From Klebsormidium nitens (lineage: Eukaryota; Plantae; Klebsormidiophyceae), in assembly GCA_000708835.1 (NCBI GenBank), contig DF237127.1:96239-160238 (forward strand): 64,000 nt of DNA, read 5' to 3'. The position numbers and the translations under genes are program-made. The notes below the pieces were generated by a model, which ran no database searches, was not told where the DNA came from, and worked only from the letters and a program-made list of their open reading frames with translations. The first letter of the stretch is position 1. Each line of letters starts with the position of its first letter. Below are positions 34,001-44,100 of this stretch, one piece after another.

Positions 34001-34205
34001 GCACATCGGCATGGAAAGAACGGGCCGACACAAGTTGCAGGAAACGGGGGGGAAGGAAGCAAGCATCACCGGGGCTGGGGACCGGAGACTGAGTCGAAGC
34101 GGCCGAGGCGAGCGGAGGATGAAGCATCTCAAAGTGAAGCTCAGCAGGCAGGTTTTCGTAGACAGGACTCTCACTTACGTCAAGGCAGTTCCGTTGGCGG
34201 GTTAA
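19031..34205 (+). CDS. Giant multidomain chromatin/transcription protein: 2x Agenet(Tudor), 3x GATA zinc finger, AT-hooks, tandem WW; ~3311 aa, 10 exons
   Basis: Exons 19031-19216, 20197-20272, 20525-20678, 21278-21365, 21774-25622 (348 nt of gap plus overlap removed), 26014-27216, 27932-28247, 29083-30425, 30843-33219, 33514-34205. Every junction is phase-consistent; one has a GC donor (27217). Domain motifs are read directly. The single-gene joining is inferred from splice sites only. Confidence 0.72.
19136..22222 (+). other. Tandem Agenet/Tudor-like domains (split over exons 1-5)
   Basis: FEKGAVIETRSFQTGFRGAWFLSE...YLMVRPIPP, then YAKGDKVDAYVLECWWSGTV..VEW..GWVPFRNLRPTLRWAGKRW; both fit the plant Agenet consensus (G..VE..S...GF.GAWF; VDA....WW.G.V; LRP...W). 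Confidence 0.78.
21839..22152. other. Assembly gap (Ns) with overlapping flanks inside exon 5
   Basis: The 34-nt GGGGCACGGGCTGGGTCCCCTTCAGAAACCTGCG occurs at 21805-21838 and 22153-22186; collapsing it gives a continuous Agenet sequence. Confidence 0.9.
23031..23108 (+). other. GATA zinc finger 1 (C-x2-C-x18-C-x2-C)
   Basis: CFDCGTEKTTAWRRGPLGDNTLCQTCG. Confidence 0.92.
23292..23378 (+). other. GATA zinc finger 2 (C-x2-C-x21-C-x2-C)
   Basis: CMQCGKWRRTKLSQWRTGPPGKETLCNECG. Confidence 0.88.
27980..28195 (+). other. Tandem WW domains, PRP40-like
   Basis: VWSEHRTPDGRPYYFNRAVQVCIWEKPLELMTPQELHSLNVWKELITPDGRVYYSNRLTMASSWTVPEDL. Confidence 0.9.
29120..29645 (+). repeat. Coding internal repeats in exon 8
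   Basis: DSLFPC.ANGF occurs twice (about 29130 and 29280). RT.(S/L)DAQ.T.LSGRRT.SDT occurs three times (about 29205, 29380, 29560), with near-identical DNA in copies 2 and 3. Confidence 0.85.
32340..32417 (+). other. GATA zinc finger 3 (C-x2-C-x18-C-x2-C)
   Basis: CSACRVSESPQWRRGPTGPQSLCNRCG. Confidence 0.92.
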
Positions 34206-35659
34206 AACGTCTACAATAGCCGCTGGTATGTACGTGCTCGTGTCGATGCGAGGCACGGGCTGGTATGCGGTCAGCCCGTGGCTGTGTTTTCTCTTTGATC
34301 GTCGTTTCTGTGCGGGGCCCAAGGCGCAAAAGCATAGCATCTCGGCCTGTAAGAGGATTGCGAAGGTAATTATGCTGCAATTTGCAGTGCCTGCCCCTTG
34401 CGAGGCCTGCGCCACCGAGCTCGAATTTATGGCACATTTGCACAACGCCACGTGCAGTCTACTATGGAAGGCATTGCATCAGTGACAGAGTTCAAGAACC
34501 GCCAACTGTCCAAGTTCCGAATCTGCCGCACAAGCATACTATCCACTGTCAGTGGACTTTAGTTCATGCTTCAATCGCGTGCATGATTCGGTCGCACTTT
34601 TATCCCAGAACTCGAGTCGAGCTCCAAATGATCATCCAAGTGTCATTGCATGCACGTACGAGCCCTAGCTCGAATATATGGCGCGACCAGCTCCGCGGCG
34701 TTACGGAACGAACTTATATTCAATCGATAAACGTGGCGGCAACATGGTGCGTCGGAATTTATGCAGTCATATAATTCGTCCGGTATACATGCGCATGCAA
34801 CCTCAGTGGCGTACTTCATGTTGCAATCAAGAGCTCATCACCGAGACAACTTGAACGATCCGATCGGCGCCTAGCAACCATAAGCAATCATGGCTGGCAC
34901 CGCGGCCAATCTCAATAACAGGTGACGTATACATGCGACTAGGCTCCTCTTCAGGAACAAAACACACAACGGTAATTGCAGATCAACAGACCTACTCAAC
35001 GCAAATGAGTGACGTCCTTATGGCCACACCGTCTGTACAAGCTCGCAAATCAACACAACTAAGCTCTTACCTCGCCCAAGTCAACAACCAAAATGTGCAG
35101 GATCTACGAGCACAGCCCTGGCGGGCAATTGCACCGCCTTATTCAATGGGCCTTCGCCAATGCGGCAAACCCGGCCGCGGAGCTGCATGTTCAACCCCGC
35201 TAATCATATCCGCTCAGATCTCTATCAGTATTTTACAACCTTTACGGACGCTGCCTCCTAAACCTCTCTCCCGTTCAACCACGACAAAGGACCCCGACTA
35301 ACGAGCTCAGGATAGGTAGACGCTACTAAGTATAGGTGCAACACAACCAAGTCAATTAGCCGCGGACCGAATGCCTATGCGCGTCACCCATTGCCCCAAT
35401 CTCGCCCAACCAGATTGCGCCTATACTTTCAGCTATCGACTCCCACATCAATCTCCGCAACAGCAATATGCCAGCGGTTTATGCCGACAACGCAAAACAG
35501 ATTTTGCTGAACTGAGCACCCCCCTTCCGTTTGCGCTTCCGCTCCCCTTAATGCGCGTTACATCCGCCACTCGGTCACTCCTTTACACCTTTACTACCCT
35601 ACATTCCTCCGCCGACCAATGAGCCGACGAGACCCGCAAGCTTTGCATGCAATAACATG

Positions 35660-38600
35660 CTACTCCCCGTAACGCCTCCACTTTCGAAAGTTGGTTCCTT
35701 CGCTAACCGCCATCCCGATCGCAAACTGGATCCGGTCACTGACGCCCACGTAGTACAGCCGGTAGCTGCCGTCATCCAAAGCGACCACGTGGGGCGTTCC
35801 GACGTTCTTGCTGTCCCAGGCGTCCTGCGAAAAAAACATTCTTTGAGCTCGAGCGGAACAACGGAATGGATGATCGAAGGTGGACGAAAAGGATGCGTGC
35901 TACCGCCCAAAGCGACCATGTGGGGGCGTTCTGACGTTCTTCTTTACCAAAAGTCCTTCGGAAAGCAAAACTAATCTTGAATAATATTCCAGTCCTTTTC
36001 TGGTTGCATTCGTGTGGTTTGAAGAGTGCCCGCCTGCGAGGCACCTTCGACTGGACCATAATGCATGACGACTGAGAATCAGCGGAGCACAACTCAAGAA
36101 TGAACGCTACATTTAGAAACGCGATGGATGATCTCCTCGCTTTCACGTTAAAGTGCCCACAATCTGCCTTCAATGACAGCCTCGCAAATGCACGAAATAC
36201 CACAGACGAAGAGCCTTCATGAGCTGTCTTCATCAAACTCGACGCCCTCTCTCTCGATATTCAACCTTCAGTACCTGGCCTTAGACCGCTAATCCAGCCA
36301 ACTTTGTTGAAACTAAAATCCAATGTTGCAGTGGTCGATGAGGTTTTGGCTTCAAGGGGGGCGCAAATTATGATCTGACAATGGAGTAGCACTTGCTTAA
36401 AGAATGAAGTCATAAATGGATGCAATCTCTAAACAATCTATTATGACCCTCACTTATATTTTCTGAAATAATATAAAACATTAATGTAAATCTTTACCGT
36501 ACCTCGCCTGTCCGCGGCCGTAGGATTGGGCCGCCGGGATCGGGTCCGCATTGCCGGTCCTTCTCCCACGTCAGTCCGTCGTCCGACCACGCGAGCCCGA
36601 TCGCATGCACCTGGTTCCGATCTACTGCCTCGTAAAACATGGCCAGCCTGCAGGCAAGGCGTAAAACTGTTGCAGCCGTTCGAATAAGCTTTAGTTGCTT
36701 CCACGTCATCAGCTTGACGGGAGACAGAGGCTGAAAAGAATCGCTTCTCTGGACGTCTCCGAGGACTTCAAAGCCTCCGGACGGAACGAAGCTGCACAAA
36801 AGCTCAGTTACTTCGTTCGTATGGCGGATGGCTAGACGGTCCATGGAAAGACTAGAATCCACCGAATGTTCCACCTTTAGTTGCGGTTATTAGTATAAGG
36901 CCACATAAAGAACCAGCAGAGTCAAAAGAAGAGCTCTCCTGGGGCGTAATTGCTACCTAAACTCCTGTTAAATGAGCATCTGATGAAAATACACGCTTCT
37001 CAGAACCAATAACATGATGCTCAATCACGTGGCTCTGCGCTTCTCGGAAGCACAGGACAAATGAAACAAGAGGAAGCTCCGAATGCTACTTTGACCACAC
37101 ACGAACAGAAACGAGCCAGGCTCTTGTGCCCAGTGCGAAACACAGGCCCTTCCTTGATCGAAAATCTGTTCCAAAAAGCACAAGCAAACAGGAACTACTC
37201 TTGCTAAGGTTCAGGTGGTCAGAATTCATGCTCACCTCCCGTCTATCCTGATGACGTGCCGCACCCCCACCCCTAGTTCGTCCCACGTGCCCTTCCCTCC
37301 CGGCCCCAAAACCTGCCCGCGCTTCTGCCACGTCACCCCATCTTCCGAGGTCGCCGCTGCGGCCCAGAAGATGCCCTTGGGGTTCAGAGAGTGATACGTC
37401 ATCAGCCACGTGTCATCCGTTCCTTCTTGGGGGGGTACGACTTTCGGCCAGCCCACGTAGAGGGCATCCCACTCTCCGGGAACCCCCGTTGGGAGGATCG
37501 GTTGGGGTCGTCGTCGAAAGGTCAGACCGTCCTGCGCAGAGAAGCGGGACGCTTCTTTATGGTTGGCATAAACCGAAGGGACGCTTCTCGGCTTATCTGA
37601 AGGCCGTTGACGCTTTGATGTTTCAAATGGACTATGCCGTTTCGTGGCTTCTAAATACCGGGGCGGACGCTTTCACAGACCTATATGGATTGACGTAGAA
37701 GGGGGAGGGTTGCAGAAGAAATTAGAAGGGAAAGAGGAGCCAATACATTGAGAAACGCTCGCATATGCACAGAGGATGAGGACACGAGTCGAGGTGAAAG
37801 AGGAGCACTACGCTTTCTGTCGCCGTGGTTTGCAGAATCCGTAGGGCATACGCAAAGTAGTTTCCGCGATTGAGGACACTCTTTTTTGAAACACACGTTA
37901 GAATTACCGATGAACACTTCCAGCTCTGTCAGTTTTGGAAAGGTGAGTTCAGTCTTCCTCCTCTGGAAAGATGAATCAATCGGTGTCTTCAGTATTCCAC
38001 TTGAAAGTCGAGAAAACGGAGGTAAAAAACTGACTTCGGTTCCGAGACAAGCCTTCTTAACAATCCATATTGACTCTTTGCCAAGATGCTATAAGCTGCC
38101 CCCTCAATCGCTTGGCAGCTTCCAAAGAGAACAAGGATTCAAGCTCTAGAAGAATTGCGCCAGCCCAACTTTGAAGCCGTAAAAGACATCCTTCATTTCG
38201 TCTTGGACCAAGATCTTTCAAACTTACCGGTGATGTCGCGAGCCCGACCTGCCAGTTTAACCCGGTAAACTCTCCCGGCATCATTTTCATCATCCCCTTC
38301 ACTAACGTCTCCGCCCCCCGCCCCCAATGCGCCCCCGCCGTCGCCCCAAGAACCGCCCCTACCCCACTCCCAATCGGCGTTTTCTCCAGACCCCCCCCAA
38401 AATAGTACAACCAATGCTCCCCCCCAGGACGAATCAAAACGTCGGAACTCCCCACGACTACGGAGTCGAAAGCGGCGGGGTCCTCTTGCGGCCCCAGGAC
38501 TGCGAAGTTCGGCAGGGGGCCTTGGACTTTTCGCCAGGTGACTCCGTCAGTGCTTTCAGCAACGCCGACCCATCCCATTGGGGGGGCCATCATTGCCTTG

Positions 38601-40185
38601 ACGCCCTGGCCCCAAAAGTCTCCTCCCCTACCATAGTAGTACATGCGCCACGAGCCATCACTGCAAAAAGGGGAGTTAAAATGAGTACTCCGTGATGATG
38701 ATTCATCAACCCGTTAAACCTTTGAGCTTGCAAAGGTTGTTTGGGTTCATAGATGGGGAACCTCCGGCTTGTGGAACTTGTTGCAAACACGATATATCGC
38801 CTCCGCCGATGCATTCTACTCAATAATAACAAGAATAGATTGCAAGAGTGCAGAACCGAGGCCCAAGTGCCTCCGCAATGCGTCTAGTGCAAATTGCCTT
38901 TCTAGAAGTGGTCACAAACACATTTGTATAGACGACTGCTAGCATATGTGATAGTGAGAATATGGACAGTCAACGGAGAAACGGCGGACAGGTCTTGGAG
39001 GTTCTGGCTTCACAACTGGAAACCAGTCTTCAGAGCACCCTTAGAGAATGGTTAGAATGGCTACATTGATGGCCACCAGGCATGTACCATGGGAAGAGGG
39101 GGCGTGAAGAAACTCGGAGTGGCAGCTAGACGGTAGGTCTTGACTCTACCCAATGACAGGCCGCTTGCTCCATTCCTTTCCAACCTTAATCATGGCAACT
39201 TGCATAGGCCTTTTTTCTTTGGCAATCTTTAGAATCCCTTGACACACCTCAGAACTCAATGAGTGGCCTGAAGAAAGTGTGAGCCGCCTTCTGCGAGACA
39301 GACAAAGAGTCCGCAAGTAGGAGCAACTTTCACAAAACGCTTGATACTGATAATTGGAATTCTGAAGTGTTTGCCAACTGAGGTGCCAATTGCTACAGGC
39401 ACACCTGAGCAAGAGACCTCTGCAGGATTCTGAACACAGACTAATAGGCAACTCCAGGACGAGAAAACAAATCTCTGCCCCATATCTACTTACGTCAAGC
39501 GCACCACCGCAGGGCAGGCTGCTGCCTTAGCGTCCCACCAACCGCTGCCATCGCCTGACTTCTCCAGAACCCTTCCAAGAGTGTAGTCAGCAGACTTGCC
39601 ACACCCTTGGTCTCTGCTAGCTGACCTCCCAAACCCTCTGCATGTCAACCTGCCTGACCTAGCACCGTACTGTTGGTCTGCTGGCCAGCTATGCAATCGC
39701 CTCGCGCTTTGCGTTGTTTCTCTGAACTCAGATGGTTTCGGATTGGTTTGCCTTGGTTCTGATTGACTACCACTCTGCCAGGGGTGCTCAGAATGGAACG
39801 TTTTCCCCTCTCTGGAACCAATGCTGCAAGAAACCCTTGCTTTGACCGCATGTTGTTGCGTTTCATAGCTTGTAGTAGCACCCCAGAAAGACCTTGAAGA
39901 TCCACCTTGAATGCAGCTCAAACTATGCAACTCTACACTCTGCAGCTGGGAAAGGTGTCTCTGCTCACGAGGAGAAGAATAAACTTTTGAATGACCAATT
40001 TCTGAGAAAGTGTGAGCTGGATTCAAAGCCCTTAGACTAAACTGCCTTCTGCAATGCTGTGAGCTGTCAAATGCTGTGTTGAGAGAATATGAGCAATCAA
40101 TTGGACTCTTCGAGCTTCGCAGACGAAGGCAAGACGGCATTGTGGTTCCTTGGAGCGGATCAAAGCAGACGGAAGCATGCGCCAT
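35660..40185 (-). CDS. Plastid-targeted five-bladed beta-propeller glycoside-hydrolase-like protein (arabinanase/levansucrase/invertase superfamily), ~576 aa, 5 exons
   Basis: Exons 40185-39494, 38660-38228, 37531-37236, 36647-36503, 35824-35660 (1731 nt). Repeated blades of the form (W/F)D....G.P.V......W.MYY.G.....IG.A.S.DG.TW, e.g. AFDSVVVGSSDVL..HWLYYFG, EWDALYVGWPKVV..WLMTYH, AWDSKNVGTPHVV..YRLYYVG. Ser-rich transit-peptide-like N-terminus. Confidence 0.85.
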
Positions 40186-41111
40186 AGCGGCGTCCCTACA
40201 GAGAGTACTTCAGCAGCTCAGTAGAAGGTATCTCAGCTGCGCATTTTCTGGAAGGGTTCGCATTTGGGTTTGCATCTGGTTAGCGTGTTCCTGTCGCACC
40301 ATGTTATACGAAAGAACGGCAAAACAGTCTCGGTGGGAGAAAACCTTGCAGGGTTTGGAAGTTCGCCCTCTCTGGTCGTAGACTTGACACGTCGCCTCAC
40401 AATAGCGAGCACCCCAGCGAAAGGGCGCGCGCGCGCTTTCGAACCAGGCTGGCGGCCGCGCAGCGCAATTGACGGTGCCTTGCATATACATGCCAGGCAG
40501 GCAAGGAACGTAACATGTCCGGTCCATGATGAGTGTACAAAAGTTGGTCACGCATGCCGAATTCGACCAACATGTTCTACTAGAGTACTATCGGTTGGAT
40601 CACGCGTATCTCGATATGAAACGTCGCGAGATGCACTTCAGCTCCTCATGAGCGGATATATTGTGACAAAACATTGAAGGTGCTGCAGTGTGTACCCGCA
40701 AGCTTACTTTTCAGGCGCGGCCGGTCACAGTGTGTACGGTGAGAGATTTCCTGCTGCAGCTCAACAATATAAGTGAGTCAAATTTAAGAGAAGGGTACAC
40801 TTGGGCGCGTGTGCATGAAATGTCGCATGTCATGTTTGCAAGAAACAATCGTGGTCAATCAGCATGTTCATGGCCTGGCATTGGAATGTCGTCTTTAAGA
40901 AGTGAGCAATCTAGCTCACGAACGTACGTCAACCAGCGCTGCATAGTGAGAACGTACTTGTGGTTGAAGTCAGTGAAGACAAACGCACATGCTTAACTGG
41001 TGCTAGAAGCTGTTGAAACTTTCCGCTTTCAACTTTTCAGATTTATAGGCGCGATTCCCAACATAACTGCAGTGACTCGAAATGCACAACGATACGCTTT
41101 CGACCAGGAGC

Positions 41112-44100
41112 CTAATACGTACTGGTCCTCCGCCGCACCACTGGCTTGCGCGCCGCGACCGGGCTCGCGTCCACCGGCTCTTTGGCCTTTGCCCGGGTCA
41201 CCATCCCTGAGGTAAAGCTGCCCGGAGAGGAGCTGGGGGCGCTTCCCCCGCCCGTAAATGACTGCACGTTGGTGTACTTGAAAAACAGGTAGATAGCGAC
41301 GGCGAACCCAAGGATTGGGACGAGCGGCGTCACCGGGGCGTCGTGCTTCTCGTGGCTCTCGGCCGCAGAGAAGTGGAGGGTGCCAACGTGTGTGGGCTGC
41401 ACAACGGATGCCACGTGTCAGACTCCCCGGAATCCGCCGAGCGGAGGGCACCTGGCCGGCTATTGAGCACGACGAAAGGAGCCTACCGGCTGCATTCCGG
41501 TCAGTTCTGATCCCCTTGGAAACGAAAAGTGGAGACGTTGCCAACTCTGTCTTGCTGAGCTTCGCTTAGCTGAGCCACCGTAAGTTCTTATCCGCCCAAG
41601 TCCTCTTGCATAGGCATTCAGAAACCGGCGGAACCAGGGTGAGACCAATCAGGCTCCCTTTAATGGACAAAACATTGTCGACAACCCTTTACTGGACATA
41701 GCATGTCGACAACCCTTCATGTCGGGAAGACACGTTGGATATAGACGAGACTCTATCAGAAATACAACCCGCTTCCTCCCTTGAGAAGCTACTAGTCAGG
41801 GAACTAGAACGGACGGAAACATTTGAGAAGCTGCGCACCTTGCACCCCTCGCCGAGGTCCACTTCCACCGACTCCGCCTCGAAAGAGTGCGTCCGATCGG
41901 AGAGTCCGAACGCCAACTTCACGACGTACCTGGCAAAAATAGCAGCGTAAGTCTGTCAAGAGAATTGTGTTCAGACACCAAAAGCTGGCAATACTCCACC
42001 CATAACGCAGAGTGTACCTGATACGGTTAGGAACACCACCGCCCCGTTCTAATCATAAGCGGGTGCATCCAACTAAGGTAAAGTGCCACAGAACAAGCGT
42101 TTCTTTCAGCTCAGAATCACCTTCAAAAGAGCTCGGAACCAAAAAGGCACCGGCGTTCTCTCTACAAGTCGAGTGACTGAGCATTGGCCCCGAACGTTAC
42201 TTAGACTAAGTCGTGCCGGCTCTTCCGAGTACCGTACTGCTTTTTAACATCGGCACCTTCGACGCAAAATAGTTAATTATGAAACGTTTGAAACTTTCGG
42301 CAGACCTAGCGTTACCTGCTAAAAAAACCGTTATCGCCCTTGGATAATTATTTAGAAATTTCAGCAGGCCAAACAATCATTTATTTTTCCCCGATATTAA
42401 AAAGCAGTACGGTTTTTAACTTTTCATCGAAGCGTCCTCGACCGGGACTTCGAAAAACTTGGCACGACTGGTTCCCTGACTAGGTCGGGTACTCGAGTTT
42501 GGGCGGTTTATATCTTCCGGTCAAGTTTCTTTCCATCACGTGCGTTTATAACCAACGTTCTCGGTTCGCCCCGCCCAGATACATTCTCAGCTTTTCTTGT
42601 GGCACGCCACAACCTGAACCTTCCAGCACAAAAGGGTTTGGTGGAGAACTCCAGTATTTCTAAGTCGTGAGTACGGCGATAGACTCACTTCCCGGGCGCG
42701 AGGCCCCCAACCTCGAAGAACCGGGAGAACGGCAGCTGCACTGCTCGTGCGACTGAGGACGACGATGCAGAAACAACCTCCACCTGCGCAAAGACCAAAA
42801 AATGCTTCAGGCTCTACGCAACGTCGAAGCTATCGGGATGACAAAGGACAGTAGAAGCCGAGTACACGGAGATCCGTACCAGGTTTTGCCAAATGAAACC
42901 TCTGGGCGGGTTTTATTTTGCGTCATCTCGTGGGACCCCGTACTTAAGTAGATTATAGCCATGTCCTTGGTCTCATTGGCAACGACGGATGTATGCTGAT
43001 ATGTTATGATATGTATGATGTATGCTTGAAGGTGGACAGAGCATGCTTCAAGTCAAGAGGAAGAAAGCGGAAGCTCGTTGACCCCCGTCATCGCTTAACT
43101 CTGCGCATTTTATTGTGCCATTCACCAGACTACCGCCTTGGTCCCAAGCCGAACACTTTGTTGTCCCCGGTGCTCACGGCCGTGCCCGTGGTCGAACCGC
43201 TCTTTCGTTCTGCTTCTCTTGTCTTTTTTCCCCCCCATTCCCAACCTTCCTATTGTTACCCCCGAAACGATCTTCCAGCTTTTTTTTTTGTCAACCCCCA
43301 AAAAGTCTTCCTTTTGTTGCCCCCGAAAACCATTTTTCAGCAAGCAGAAAGTAAGCTGCGGCAAAGCGAAAGACGAGAGGAGAACGAGCACACAACGGTA
43401 CGTACCGTGACTTGCGGTCTGTACTCCTCGTCGCCCTCCGCTACACCGGTAATCGTGCACTTGCCGGGCCGCTCGAACACCAGAAAGTCGACCCCGTCCT
43501 TGTCGGCACTTGTCACGGAAACTGCGGTTTCGCCAGGGGCGGCGCGCTCCACCCGAGAGGACACGTCCGTCTGCAGGAGCATTCTTCAATGTCAAAGAAG
43601 GTCTCCTCCTTTCTCTCTCTCTCCACCTGCCTGTATCATTCTCGTGATTTCTGTGTCGCCTTCCCGCCTTACATACTTCTATCCGTCACGCCAATCGGAG
43701 AATCCCTTTTGAGCTCACTACTCTAAGACTGTGAACTCCTTTTGGATTCAGGAGATCAACACAGTTTCCTTTTTGAGCCTGTAATACCTCCTCAACCGCG
43801 ATGACATGCAACGTGTTCGAGATCAACACTACAAATTCGATTCAAGCACCAGAAATTGAGCAACCAAGAGTGTCAATCTCAACAAACCTAGTCAACTTGA
43901 CCCACCTTAATTCGGACGGTATACTCCGTGTTTGGCGCCAGCCCCCGCAGCCGATACTGTCCGGAAGCATCCGTCACCGCCTCCTCGTACGAGCCGTCCG
44001 ATACTGCTACAACGGTCACTCCTTCTGCCACGTGGCCCCCCAGGAGACGGACGGTGCCCAGAACGGAGAAGGCCGTCCGATGGGCGACGAATCGGACGGT

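Noticed and set aside
25735-34205. ORFs 25735, 27764, 29073 and 30831 as four independent genes
   Set aside because: Their nominal starts lie in intron-like pyrimidine-rich DNA, and each has a phase-matched acceptor and donor; not fully excluded without cDNA.
34206-35659. Short ORFs or a hidden element in the convergent intergenic region
   Set aside because: No motifs, terminal repeats or splice-consistent model found; best read as 3' UTRs and spacer.
41112-41414. Stand-alone 100-aa single-TM microprotein
   Set aside because: It begins with GTG, has an acceptor at 41397-41399, and is the NOMO TM/tail exon.
41676-41717. 14-bp direct repeat TGTCGACAACCCTT x2, and a ~30-bp intronic duplication at 20363/20412
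   Set aside because: Ordinary small local duplications with no exon sequence or structure.
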